Shown here: in pieces, positions 39,771 through 49,729 of the stretch | Layout: each line of letters begins with the position of its first letter | How positions within the stretch are numbered: the first letter of the stretch is position 1 | DNA from: a virus | Direction: 5' to 3' (one strand) | Length of the DNA stretch: 64,000 bases | IMG/VR virus record: IMGVR_UViG_3300026478_000749 | Span: 1-64,000 of that record | Made by a program: the position numbers and the translations under genes | The notes under the pieces: generated by a model | What the model was told of the DNA's origin: nothing | What the model saw: the letters and a program-made list of their open reading frames with translations, nothing else | Database searches by the model: none

Positions 39771-39821
39771 CCCAACGGGCCGGAGATAACGTCAATGGCC
39801 CATTTTTAAAAAATTATTATT

Positions 39822-40853
39822 ATGGCTATAAAAAAACAAAACTTCTCGATTTCACAACTTGCTTCTAAGTATTCAAGTAAAACAACATATAAACCAGATC
39901 GTTTTTTGGATCTTGGCGACGCATTCTTGGATGCGACCGGTCTACCAGGCCCAGCATTAGGTCATATTAATATGTTTCTAGGTCACTCAGATACAGGTAA
40001 AACAACAGCATTACTTGGAGCAGCTGCAGACGGTATTAAAAAAGGTATGTTACCGATTTTCATAATTACGGAGCAGAAGTTTGATTTTGATCATGCTGCA
40101 ATTATGGGTATTCCTGTAACAAAAGATGTCGATCAATCAACAGGTGAAGTAACATATTCTGGTGATTTCATTTTCAGAAACGATTTTGAATATATTGAGC
40201 AGATTACAGATTTTATCAACGAGATGCTTGATTTACAGGAAAAAGGTGAATTACCATATGACTTGTTATTTCTATGGGATTCTGTTGGATCTGTACCATG
40301 TAAGATGACATGGGAAGGTAAAGGCGGAAAGCAACATAATGCGTCTGTTTTATCTGATAAGATTGGTATGGGTATCAACCAAAGAATATCTGGCTCTAGA
40401 AGAGCAGATAAGGCTCATACAAACACTTTGATTATCGTTAACCAACCTTGGGTTGAACTTCCTGATAATCCATTTGGTCAGCCTAAAATCAAAGCTAAGG
40501 GTGGCGAATCTATTTGGTTGAATTCAACATTAGTATTCAGATTTGGTAACGAGAAAAATGCCGGTACAACAAAAATTTCTATCACTAAAAACAAGAGAAC
40601 TGTAACTGTTGCAACAAGAAGCAAAATTACGGTTATGAAAAACCACGTAAATGGTATTCAATTTGGTGATGGTAAAATTATGGTAACACCTCATGGATTT
40701 ATGAGAGCAAAAGAAGCGGCAGAGGAGAAAAAATCTAGAGAGGATTATGTAAAGGACAACTTAGATTATATCAGTTCATTATTCGACGAAAAAGTTGATA
40801 ATGTTGAAGAGCTTAAGTTTGAGCCAATCCCAGAAGAAGAGAACGAAGATTGA
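39822..40853 (+). CDS. recA: RecA/UvsX-like recombinase
   Basis: GHSDTGKTT Walker A, LFLWDSVG Walker B, IIVNQ, KGGES, KNHV. Confidence 0.88.
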   Translation: MAIKKQNFSISQLASKYSSKTTYKPDRFLDLGDAFLDATGLPGPALGHINMFLGHSDTGKTTALLGAAADGIKKGMLPIFIITEQKFDFDHAAIMGIPVTKDVDQSTGEVTYSGDFIFRNDFEYIEQITDFINEMLDLQEKGELPYDLLFLWDSVGSVPCKMTWEGKGGKQHNASVLSDKIGMGINQRISGSRRADKAHTNTLIIVNQPWVELPDNPFGQPKIKAKGGESIWLNSTLVFRFGNEKNAGTTKISITKNKRTVTVATRSKITVMKNHVNGIQFGDGKIMVTPHGFMRAKEAAEEKKSREDYVKDNLDYISSLFDEKVDNVEELKFEPIPEEENED

Positions 40854-40880
40854 TTGTTTAACTATTAAAGACTAGACTAA

Positions 40881-41900
40881 ATGTCTAATACATTATTGGT
40901 TGATGGAGATAATCTATTAACCATTGGTTTCTACGGTTTAAAAAACCATTTTTATAAAGGTCAACATATAGGTGGATTGTTTCACTTTATTGACACGCTC
41001 AGAAGATCATTTGAGAATTATCAATTAGATAAGATCTGTGTATTCTGGGATGGTAAAGATGGTCATATATCTAGAAAGAAAATATATCATCACTACAAAG
41101 AGAACAGAAAGTCGAGAACAAGGACTGAAGAAGAAGTCTTCTCATACCAAAGGCAAAGATCTAGGATTAAACAATACTTGGAAGAACTTTATGTTAGACA
41201 AGGTGAATTCGAGTATTGTGAGTCCGATGATTGTATCGCCTACTACACACAAAATTCTCCTAAAGAGAAAAAGATAATCTATTCATCTGATAGGGACTTA
41301 GCACAGCTCGTAAATGAGAATGTTACACTCTATAACCCATCACACAGAAAGGTATACAAGAAGAATGACATAATTGATTATGATCATGAGAATATCTTGA
41401 TCGAAAATGTCAAACTAGTTAAAATCTTATGCGGTGATCCTTCTGATAATATCTTTGGGATTAAAAATATGGGCATCAAAAGATTAATCTCACTTTTCCC
41501 CGATATAAAGGAAAAGGAAATCACTCTAAGTGAGGCGAGAGAAAGGGGTAATCTTTTATTTTCCGAAGACAAAGAGAATAAATTGGTACAGAACTTTTTA
41601 ACTGGGGTCACTAAGCTCGGCGTTTTTGGTGACGAATTTTTTGATATAAACAATAAAATGGTTTGCTTGGATGAACCAATTTTAACTGAAGAAGCCAAAG
41701 AAGGTGTTAATTCTTTAATAAAAGAAAATCTTGATACTGAAGGTCGATCCTATAAAAACACTATGAAAATGATGATGGAAGATGGTATTTTCACTGTTTT
41801 GCCAAAGAGTGATGATGCGTGGATAAAATTTCTAAATCCTTTTCTAAGATTAACTACTAAAGAAAAAAATAAACATACAATTAAATTTAAAATTAAATAA
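40881..41900 (+). CDS. 5'-3' exonuclease / RNase H (FEN-like)
   Basis: LLVDGDN, VFWDG, YKENR, ESDDCIA, SSDRDLAQL, GDPSDNIFGIKNMG. Confidence 0.92.
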   Translation: MSNTLLVDGDNLLTIGFYGLKNHFYKGQHIGGLFHFIDTLRRSFENYQLDKICVFWDGKDGHISRKKIYHHYKENRKSRTRTEEEVFSYQRQRSRIKQYLEELYVRQGEFEYCESDDCIAYYTQNSPKEKKIIYSSDRDLAQLVNENVTLYNPSHRKVYKKNDIIDYDHENILIENVKLVKILCGDPSDNIFGIKNMGIKRLISLFPDIKEKEITLSEARERGNLLFSEDKENKLVQNFLTGVTKLGVFGDEFFDINNKMVCLDEPILTEEAKEGVNSLIKENLDTEGRSYKNTMKMMMEDGIFTVLPKSDDAWIKFLNPFLRLTTKEKNKHTIKFKIK

Positions 41901-41912
41901 AAACTAAGACTT

Positions 41913-42356
41913 ATGAACATTCAAGAACAAAACAAGTTTGAATTTTTACTTACACTAGACGGCAACATTATCTGCCAGCGATTTTTTAACGTTAAGGACT
42001 ATAATCCTGATACCAGGAAGTCTATGAATCTGCATTATGAAGTAAAAAATATTTGTGAAGAAATTTCGGAAGATTTGAAAATAAAAAGTTCCGAATACCT
42101 AATCGAAAATCAAGGATTTTTTATGAATAACGATGTTGTGGAAGATCCTAAAGAGATGGAAGAACAGTATTTTTTATTGCAAATTAAGCAAGGTGACGAT
42201 GTATTTATTTCAAGAATATTTGCTGCTCACTATTACCATCCAAAGGTTAGGTATGCTGTGGATATTCGACCAAAGTTGAGAAGAATTTTGGCAGATTTAA
42301 CTGAAGTTTTGTCAGTAAGCGATCCAGAAACGACATATCTTCAGTACGAACTTTAA
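41913..42356 (+). CDS. hypothetical protein
   Basis: 147-aa ORF within the replication operon. Confidence 0.75.
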   Translation: MNIQEQNKFEFLLTLDGNIICQRFFNVKDYNPDTRKSMNLHYEVKNICEEISEDLKIKSSEYLIENQGFFMNNDVVEDPKEMEEQYFLLQIKQGDDVFISRIFAAHYYHPKVRYAVDIRPKLRRILADLTEVLSVSDPETTYLQYEL

Positions 42357-42385
42357 TTTATTTTATTTTATAACTTATATATTTT

Positions 42386-43777
42386 ATGACCGAGAAGAAT
42401 TTTGGCCATTTAGGGCAAACGTATCAAATATCACTATTAAAAACTATTATAGAAGACCGAAAATTCGGTGAAACTATTGTTGAGGTCATAGATCAAAACT
42501 ATTTTGATAATAATGGGTTCAAGTTCATTATGCAAAATATTAAGGAGTGTTATGAGAAATACGAAACACTACCTTCTTACACAGCATTAGAACAAAAGAT
42601 ATTGTCAGAAAGCGTTTCAGATACTGCTAGAACCGCTTTTATTGATACTATCAAGAACATACAAGAACATGTTATTGATCAGGGTGGAATTCCTTTAATT
42701 AAGGACAAAGCTATGAACTTCTGTAAGCAGCAAGTTCTTAAGAAAACCATCAAGAAAATAGAGGAGATAACAGCTAAGGGTGAATTTGAAGAGTATCACA
42801 AAATTGAGAAACTAATTCAAGATGCTCTACAAGTTGGTGTTAGTGATAACGATGTAGTAGACATCTTTGATAGTATTAGTTCAGCATTACAAGCTGACAA
42901 TAGAAGACCGATACCAACAGGCGTTGTAGGTATTGACAATTTATTAGATGGCGGATTAGGGAGAGGTGAGCTTGGGGTGGTTTTAGCTCCAACCGGAACA
43001 GGTAAAACAACTTTATTGACTAAATTCTCTAACGAAGCTTTTAATCAAGGGTATAATGTTGTTCAAGTTTTCTTTGAAGATAATGTTAATAACATTAAAC
43101 GAAAACATTTTACCATATGGACAGGCATTTCTCCAAAAGAACAACCATTACACGCAGAAGAGGTTGAAAAAATAGTTACTGAAAGAAAAAGTATTTCAAC
43201 TGGCGAGCTTAGATTATTAAAACTGCCTAGTGATTCTGTTACTATTTCTGAAATTAAATCAAAATTAAGAAAGATGCAAGCAGATGGTTTTAGAGTAGAT
43301 TTACTAACTTTGGACTATGTTGATTGTATCACTCCCGAGAAGACAAATTATAATGAAGAGTGGAAGGGAGATGGTGCAATCATGAGACAATTAGAAGCTA
43401 TGACATCTGAATTTGATATCGCAATATGGACTGCTACTCAAGGTAATAGAGAATCTATTAAGAGCGAAGTAGTAACAACAGATCAAATGGGTGGATCTAT
43501 CAAAAAGGCCCAAATTGGGCACGTTGTATTGTCTATTGGTAAAACAATTGAACAAAAAGAAATGAATCTTGCAACATTAACATTATTGAAATCCAGAATT
43601 GGTAAAGATGGTGTTGTATTCAATAACTGCAAATTCAATAACGAGTTTCTTGAAATTGATGTTGACCATCAGAATACTTTGCTTGGCTTTAAAACCGATA
43701 AGGAAGAAGAAGCAAAGCAGCGCAAGAACAAAATCTACAACGAATATCTAGCACAAAAAGAATTATTAAATAAATAA
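42386..43777 (+). CDS. dnaB: replicative DNA helicase (DnaB/gp41-like)
   Basis: [28 protein letters not shown]. Confidence 0.92.
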   Translation: MTEKNFGHLGQTYQISLLKTIIEDRKFGETIVEVIDQNYFDNNGFKFIMQNIKECYEKYETLPSYTALEQKILSESVSDTARTAFIDTIKNIQEHVIDQGGIPLIKDKAMNFCKQQVLKKTIKKIEEITAKGEFEEYHKIEKLIQDALQVGVSDNDVVDIFDSISSALQADNRRPIPTGVVGIDNLLDGGLGRGELGVVLAPTGTGKTTLLTKFSNEAFNQGYNVVQVFFEDNVNNIKRKHFTIWTGISPKEQPLHAEEVEKIVTERKSISTGELRLLKLPSDSVTISEIKSKLRKMQADGFRVDLLTLDYVDCITPEKTNYNEEWKGDGAIMRQLEAMTSEFDIAIWTATQGNRESIKSEVVTTDQMGGSIKKAQIGHVVLSIGKTIEQKEMNLATLTLLKSRIGKDGVVFNNCKFNNEFLEIDVDHQNTLLGFKTDKEEEAKQRKNKIYNEYLAQKELLNK

Positions 43778-43790
43778 AAAAACAAACACT

Positions 43791-44768
43791 ATGACCGAGA
43801 AGATTCTAGTTGACAATCCCGGACGCTTTGTCCTTTTCCCAATCGAGCACCATGACCTATGGAAGCTTTATAAACAACAAGAAGCATGTTTTTGGACTGC
43901 TGAAGAAATTGATTTAGGGCAAGACATTTATGACTGGGAGAATAAATTAAACGCAGACGAACAGCATTTCGTTAAACATGTATTAGCATTTTTTGCAGCA
44001 TCTGATGGTATTGTTAATGAGAATATTGCAATGAATTTTGTTAACGCTGTCCAATACACTGAAGCTAAAATGTTTTATGGCTTTCAGATTATGATGGAAA
44101 ATATACACAGTGAAACTTATTCATTGTTAATTGACACATACATTAAAGATAAGGAAGAACAAAATAAATTATTTAATGCCATTGAAACTGTTCCTGCTAT
44201 TAAAAGAAAGGCGGAGTGGGCATTAAGATATATCGAAAAAGGAACTTTTGTTGAAAGACTTATTGCTTTTGCTGCGGTTGAAGGTATCTTTTTCTCTGGG
44301 TCATTCTGTGCAATTTTCTGGTTGAAAAAAAGAGGTTTGATGCCAGGTTTAACTTTTTCTAACGAATTGATTTCTCGTGATGAAGGTATGCATTGTGATT
44401 TTGCGTGCCACCTATTCAATCATCATATTGAAAACAAACTATCACAAAAGCAAATTAAAGATATTATCTGTGGTGCTTTAGAAATTGAGAAAGAATTTAT
44501 TCTTGAGGCTTTACCAGTAAGACTTATTGGTATGAACTCAGATTTAATGGCGCAGTATCTTGAATTTGTAACAGATAGATTATTAGTTGCTTTAGGCGTT
44601 CCTAAGGTTTACAATTCAGAAAACCCATTTGATTTTATGCAAAATATTGCTCTACAAGGAAAAACAAATTTCTTTGAAAAGAGAGTTGCTGAATATCAAA
44701 AAGCGGGTGTTAATAAAACTGCAGAAGCAGAAGATCTAGAATCAGCATTTGGTGATTTGGAATTTTAA
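43791..44768 (+). CDS. nrdB: ribonucleotide reductase class Ia beta subunit
   Basis: [40 protein letters not shown]. Confidence 0.97.
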   Translation: MTEKILVDNPGRFVLFPIEHHDLWKLYKQQEACFWTAEEIDLGQDIYDWENKLNADEQHFVKHVLAFFAASDGIVNENIAMNFVNAVQYTEAKMFYGFQIMMENIHSETYSLLIDTYIKDKEEQNKLFNAIETVPAIKRKAEWALRYIEKGTFVERLIAFAAVEGIFFSGSFCAIFWLKKRGLMPGLTFSNELISRDEGMHCDFACHLFNHHIENKLSQKQIKDIICGALEIEKEFILEALPVRLIGMNSDLMAQYLEFVTDRLLVALGVPKVYNSENPFDFMQNIALQGKTNFFEKRVAEYQKAGVNKTAEAEDLESAFGDLEF

Positions 44769-44782
44769 AAATATAATTTGAG

Positions 44783-47218
44783 ATGAAAGTACTAAAAAGA
44801 GATGGAACGTTAGAAGAGATGAGATATGACAAGATCACTAAAAGAATTAGTGCTCTATGTGATGATCTTAATATGGATTATGTTGACCCAACATTTATTA
44901 CACTTAAAGTTACTCAAGGAATTTATGATGGAATATCAACTAAAGAGTTGGATGTACTAGCAGCAGAAACTGCAGCATCTATGACAACAACACATCCTGA
45001 CTATGCAAAATTAGCAGGAAGATTAGCTGTCACAAATTTACACAAGACAACACCAAAGAAGTTTTCTCAGGCTATTAAAGAATTACATTCTTTTATTGAG
45101 CCAAAGACTGGTAAAGAGTCAACATTAATTTCTGATGAAGTGTATGAATTTGTAATGGACAATAAAGAAATTATTGACGGTGCAATCAACATTACAAGAG
45201 ATTTTGATTTTGATTATTTTGGTTTTAAAACTTTAGAAAGATCATATCTTTTAAAGATTGGCGAAAGAACAGTTGAAAGACCACAGTACATGTATATGAG
45301 AGTTGCTGTTGGTATTTGCAATGGTGATGTCCAAATGGCATTGAGAATTTATGACGATTTATCACAACATTTTTATACACATGCAACACCAACATTATTT
45401 AATGCTGGAACACGCAGACCACAAATGTCATCATGTTTCTTAATTGGAAACAAAGGTGATGATATCGATGGATTATTTGATACAATCAAAGATGTTGCGA
45501 AAATTTCTAAATGGGCTGGCGGTATTGGTCTACATGTTCACGATGTTCGTGCTAAAGGTGCTTATATTAAAGGTACCGGAGGTATGTCAGATGGCTTATT
45601 ACCAATGATGAAAACCTACAATGAAGTTGCTCGTTGGATTAATCAAGGCGGTAAAAGAAAAGGTTCTTTTGCAATTTATCTTGAGCCATGGCATTCAGAT
45701 GTGTTGGAATTCATCGATCTAAGAAAGAATCACGGTAAGGAAGAAATGAGAGCTAGAGATTTATTCTTAGCTATGTGGACACCAGATTTGTTTATGCAGC
45801 GCGTTGAATCTGATGGCGATTGGTCATTATTTTCACCAGACGAAGCACCAGGACTTTCTGATGCATACGATACACCGGAAGACAAAGCATTTACTCGTTT
45901 ATACGAACAATATGAGTCAGAAGGTAAAGCTAGAAAGGTGATGAAAGCCAGAAAACTTATGGACGCTATTTTAACAGCACAAATTGAGACAGGTACACCA
46001 TACATGTTATATAAAGATGCTGCTAATTATAAATCAAATCAAAAGAATTTAGGTACAATTAAATCCTCAAATTTATGTACTGAAATCATTGAATATAGTT
46101 CACCAACAGAACAAGCGGTGTGCAACTTAGCTTCTATCGCCCTACCAAAATATATTTTAGATGGTGAATTTAATCATCAATTATTATTTGAATACACTTA
46201 TCAAGTTGTTAAGAATTTAAATAATGTTATTGATTTGAATTTTTACCCAACAGAAGAAACTAAAAGATCTAACTTCAAACATAGACCAGTTGGTTTGGGT
46301 GTACAAGGATTAGCAGATGTGTTCTGCATGTTGTCACTACCTTTTGAAAGTGAAGAGGCAGATAAATTACAAACAGAAATTTTTGAAACAATTTATTTTG
46401 CTGCAGTAACATCATCAAAAGATATTGCAAAAGAAGTTGGGGCATATGAATCTATTTCCGGTTCACCAATAGAAAAAGGTATTTTCCAATACGAAATGTG
46501 GGGTAAGACAGATAAAGATATGTCTGGAAGATGGGATTGGAAATCCTTGAGAAAAGAAGTTGTAAAGTATGGTGTTAGAAATTCATTACTTGTTGCACCA
46601 ATGCCAACGGCATCAACTGCGCAAATTTTAGGTAACAATGAAGCGTTCGAACCATTTACAACAAATCTTTATTCAAGAAGAACATTAGGTGGTGAATTTA
46701 TTGTTGTAAACAAACACTTGGTTAAGGATTTAATGAACTTAGGCTTATGGAATGAAGAATTGAAAAAGAAGTTAATTCTTGAAAACGGTTCTATTCAAAA
46801 CATCCCAGAAATCCCTACACCGATTAAAGAAGTTTATAAAACTGTTTGGGAAATGTCTCAAAAGAGAATTTTACAAATGGCCGCTAACAGAAGTATTTTT
46901 ATTGATCAATCACAGTCAATGAATTTATTCATCGACAATGCAACAAAAGCTAAAGTACTTGCTGCTCATTTGTTCGGTTGGAAATTAGGTCTTAAAACTG
47001 GTATGTATTATTTGAGAACAAGATCTGCCGTTGATCCAATTAAAGGTTTAGGTTTAGATACATCAACAGTAAAACCTGTTGCTGAAACACAGCCAAAACA
47101 ACAAACAACATATACTACGCCTCAAAATACAATTATAAGTGAAGAAACACCTGAAGTTGTAATGATGGCTAGTAGACCAGATGATTCCCCATTTGAGTGT
47201 GAAGGATGTGGATCGTAA
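44783..47218 (+). CDS. nrdA: ribonucleotide reductase class Ia alpha subunit with ATP cone
   Basis: MKVLKRDG ATP cone, TPTLFNAG, SSCF, SNLCTEI, PTAST, TGMYY, C-terminal CEGCGS. Confidence 0.97.
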   Translation: MKVLKRDGTLEEMRYDKITKRISALCDDLNMDYVDPTFITLKVTQGIYDGISTKELDVLAAETAASMTTTHPDYAKLAGRLAVTNLHKTTPKKFSQAIKELHSFIEPKTGKESTLISDEVYEFVMDNKEIIDGAINITRDFDFDYFGFKTLERSYLLKIGERTVERPQYMYMRVAVGICNGDVQMALRIYDDLSQHFYTHATPTLFNAGTRRPQMSSCFLIGNKGDDIDGLFDTIKDVAKISKWAGGIGLHVHDVRAKGAYIKGTGGMSDGLLPMMKTYNEVARWINQGGKRKGSFAIYLEPWHSDVLEFIDLRKNHGKEEMRARDLFLAMWTPDLFMQRVESDGDWSLFSPDEAPGLSDAYDTPEDKAFTRLYEQYESEGKARKVMKARKLMDAILTAQIETGTPYMLYKDAANYKSNQKNLGTIKSSNLCTEIIEYSSPTEQAVCNLASIALPKYILDGEFNHQLLFEYTYQVVKNLNNVIDLNFYPTEETKRSNFKHRPVGLGVQGLADVFCMLSLPFESEEADKLQTEIFETIYFAAVTSSKDIAKEVGAYESISGSPIEKGIFQYEMWGKTDKDMSGRWDWKSLRKEVVKYGVRNSLLVAPMPTASTAQILGNNEAFEPFTTNLYSRRTLGGEFIVVNKHLVKDLMNLGLWNEELKKKLILENGSIQNIPEIPTPIKEVYKTVWEMSQKRILQMAANRSIFIDQSQSMNLFIDNATKAKVLAAHLFGWKLGLKTGMYYLRTRSAVDPIKGLGLDTSTVKPVAETQPKQQTTYTTPQNTIISEETPEVVMMASRPDDSPFECEGCGS

Positions 47219-47224
47219 GATAAT

Positions 47225-47310
47225 GGGTGGCGCCCTCAAAGTTTAGCTGTCGTCAAGGCGTACCTTGAGCATCCAGGACTTGACAATACAGGGTGCGAAT
47301 ATCAAGTCAC
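47225..47310 (+). ncRNA. candidate structured RNA (hairpin plus H-type pseudoknot)
   Basis: GC-rich island: TCAAGG/CCTTGA hairpin, and GCATCC/GGGTGC crossed by GACTTGA/TCAAGTC. Confidence 0.5.
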
Positions 47311-47316
47311 AATACT

Positions 47317-47345
47317 AAAACCCAACTTCGGTTGGGTTTTTTATT
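47317..47345 (+). terminator. intrinsic terminator with cUUCGg tetraloop
   Basis: AAAACCCAAC-TTCG-GTTGGGTTTT followed by TT. Confidence 0.9.
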
Positions 47346-47379
47346 TATATCCATTTTAGTATTGTTTATATTTATTGAT

Positions 47380-47835
47380 ATGGCTACAAAATATGGTATA
47401 GATTTTCCTTTTAGAAATAGCGCGTTAGGTGACTATACTAGAATGACATTGAATATAGATGAAGAGGTAAGAGCAAACCTTATTCATTTGCTATTGACTA
47501 GAAAAGGAAGTAGATATTTTTTACCTGACTTTGGCACTAGATTATATGAATACATATTTGATTTAAACGACAGTATTACTTATAGCAGTATAGAGGATGA
47601 GATTAGAGAAACTGTTAAAATTTACATACCAAATCTAGAAATAAACGCAATAAAAATAACTAATCCTGATATAGATCCAGAAGACGGTGCCTCAAGCATT
47701 AGTGAAGATGAAGATACCAGATTATTTAGAGTTGGCGATGGTTCTACTAAACCATATACAGCTAAAATAAGAATTGATTATACAACAAATAATGGAACAT
47801 TTTCCAGTTCCGACTTTGTAATTATTAACATATAA
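47380..47835 (+). CDS. baseplate wedge / sheath initiator (gp25-like)
   Basis: GIDFPF, NLIHLLLTRKGSRYFLPDFGTRLYEYIFD; ATG start at 47380 follows TATTTAT. Confidence 0.9.
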   Translation: MATKYGIDFPFRNSALGDYTRMTLNIDEEVRANLIHLLLTRKGSRYFLPDFGTRLYEYIFDLNDSITYSSIEDEIRETVKIYIPNLEINAIKITNPDIDPEDGASSISEDEDTRLFRVGDGSTKPYTAKIRIDYTTNNGTFSSSDFVIINI

Positions 47836-47836
47836 T

Positions 47837-49669
47837 ATGAGCAAAAAGATAGCATATACCAACAGGGATTTTGCTGGGTTGAGACAAGACCTGGTAAATT
47901 TAACTAAAGAATATTACCCAGATATTATTCAAAATACAAACGACGCGTCGATTTATTCTGTTTTATTGGATTTAAACGCGGCTGTTTCTGATAACCTACA
48001 TTTTCATATTGATAGAGTTTGGCAAGAAACAATGTTAGATTTTGCTCAAAAAAGACAATCTTTATTTCATATTGCAAAAACATATGGTATTAGAATTCCT
48101 GGGTTAAGACCTTCAGTAGCTTTGTGTGATTTTAGTATTAATGTACCGGCTAGAGGTGATAAAGATGATGACAGATACGAAGGAATTTTAAGAGCTGGAG
48201 CACAAATTTCAGGCGGAGGACAAGTATTTGAAACAATTGAAGATATCGATTTTTCAAATCCTTTTAATAGTAAAGGCGAACCAAACAGATTAAAATTACC
48301 CAATTTTGATAATAACAACAGATTAATCTCTTACACAATTGTAAAAAGAGAGCCGGTTGTTAATGGGGTAACTAAGATTTTTAGAAAAGTAATTAGTCAA
48401 CAAGATCAAAAGCCCTTTTTAAAGATATTTTTACCAGAAAGAAACGTTCTTGGTGTTTCTTCTGTGATCCATAAAGAAGGAACCACATTTGCTGGTAATC
48501 CAGCTTACAGCGAGTTTATAAGCGATCCTAATAAATGGTATGAAGTTCAATCTCTAGTTCAAGACAAGGTGTTTGTTCCAAGCACAACCGGGGTTTCAGA
48601 TAGACCAAATTTCAAAGCTGGAGAATATGTTACAGTACAAAATAAATTTATTACTGAATACACCCCAGAAGGTTATTTCTTTTTAACATTTGGCTCAGGA
48701 AACGTCGATCCACTTGATAACTTAGACAATTATATTACAGATAAATTAAAAGTAAATTTATCATCATATCTAAACAATCTTTCATTAGGTTCAATCCCAA
48801 AACAAGATACAACACTATTCATAAAATATAGAATAGGTGGTGGTAAAGAAAGTAACATTGGGGTTGGTGTCATCAATAATGTGGAAAATTCGGATTTTAT
48901 CATTACAGGTCCTAATTCTGACACAAATAGCCAAGTTTCACAATCTTTGAGTGTAACTAACGTAACACCAGCTGTTGGTGGAGCTGATCAACCAACTGTT
49001 GAAGAACTAAGAGCAATGGTTGCATATAACTTTGCAGCACAAAATAGAGCGGTGACTCTAAATGATTATAAATCAATGATTGAAACGATGCCATCAACAT
49101 ACGGAGCGCCAGCAAAAGTCAATGTGATGGAGGAAGATAACAAAGTAAGAGTTAAGCTATTGTCCTATGATGAAAGCGGTAATTTAACAAACGTTGTTTC
49201 TAACACATTAAAACAGAACATATTAAATTATCTTTCTCAATTTAGAATGATAAACGATTATATTGATATCGTTAGTGGTGAAGTTATTGACATGGGACTA
49301 GAAATTGACCTTTTATTAGATAAAAATCAAAACCAAGGAGAAGTTATTAGAGATGTGATTTCAGCAACAACAGATTATTTTTCAATCGATAAAAGAAAAA
49401 TGGGTGATCCTTTGTTTGTTGGTGAATTAATGAAAGAAGTTAACAATGTTCCTGGGGTAGTAAACGTTATCGATGTGAGAGTTTTCAATAAAATCGGTGG
49501 CGAATATTCTTCATCACAGGTGTCACAGTCGTACAAAGACCCAGCAACAAAAGAAATTTTGCAAAATGATATGACGATTTTTATGAAAGCTAATCAAATA
49601 TTCCAGATTAGATTTCCTCAAAAAGACATAAAAATCAGGGTAAAAACATTAGGCACGACTACATATTAA
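47837..49669 (+). CDS. baseplate wedge protein (gp6/baseplate J-like)
   Basis: YTNRDFAGLR, FLTFGSG, YRIGGG..SN, GGAD, QNRAVTLNDY. Confidence 0.9.
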   Translation: MSKKIAYTNRDFAGLRQDLVNLTKEYYPDIIQNTNDASIYSVLLDLNAAVSDNLHFHIDRVWQETMLDFAQKRQSLFHIAKTYGIRIPGLRPSVALCDFSINVPARGDKDDDRYEGILRAGAQISGGGQVFETIEDIDFSNPFNSKGEPNRLKLPNFDNNNRLISYTIVKREPVVNGVTKIFRKVISQQDQKPFLKIFLPERNVLGVSSVIHKEGTTFAGNPAYSEFISDPNKWYEVQSLVQDKVFVPSTTGVSDRPNFKAGEYVTVQNKFITEYTPEGYFFLTFGSGNVDPLDNLDNYITDKLKVNLSSYLNNLSLGSIPKQDTTLFIKYRIGGGKESNIGVGVINNVENSDFIITGPNSDTNSQVSQSLSVTNVTPAVGGADQPTVEELRAMVAYNFAAQNRAVTLNDYKSMIETMPSTYGAPAKVNVMEEDNKVRVKLLSYDESGNLTNVVSNTLKQNILNYLSQFRMINDYIDIVSGEVIDMGLEIDLLLDKNQNQGEVIRDVISATTDYFSIDKRKMGDPLFVGELMKEVNNVPGVVNVIDVRVFNKIGGEYSSSQVSQSYKDPATKEILQNDMTIFMKANQIFQIRFPQKDIKIRVKTLGTTTY

Positions 49670-49729
49670 CGTCTTTTTTACTTATCTTTTTTCTATAGGA
49701 AAATTGATGAGTTTCTATTTATAGTTAAT

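Noticed and set aside
12060-47218. Inteins or introns in polB, dnaB, recA or nrdAB
   Set aside because: ORFs are continuous, of ordinary length, and lack splice or homing-endonuclease motifs
47219-47359. In-frame open stretch after the nrdA stop (possible readthrough)
   Set aside because: NrdA ends in the canonical CxxC-GS tail with TAA; the open stretch is explained by the GC-rich RNA element and crosses the terminator
47293-47379. N-terminal extension of the gp25-like ORF given in the ORF track
   Set aside because: It runs through the terminator hairpin; the ATG at 47380 follows TATTTAT and begins the recognisable domain
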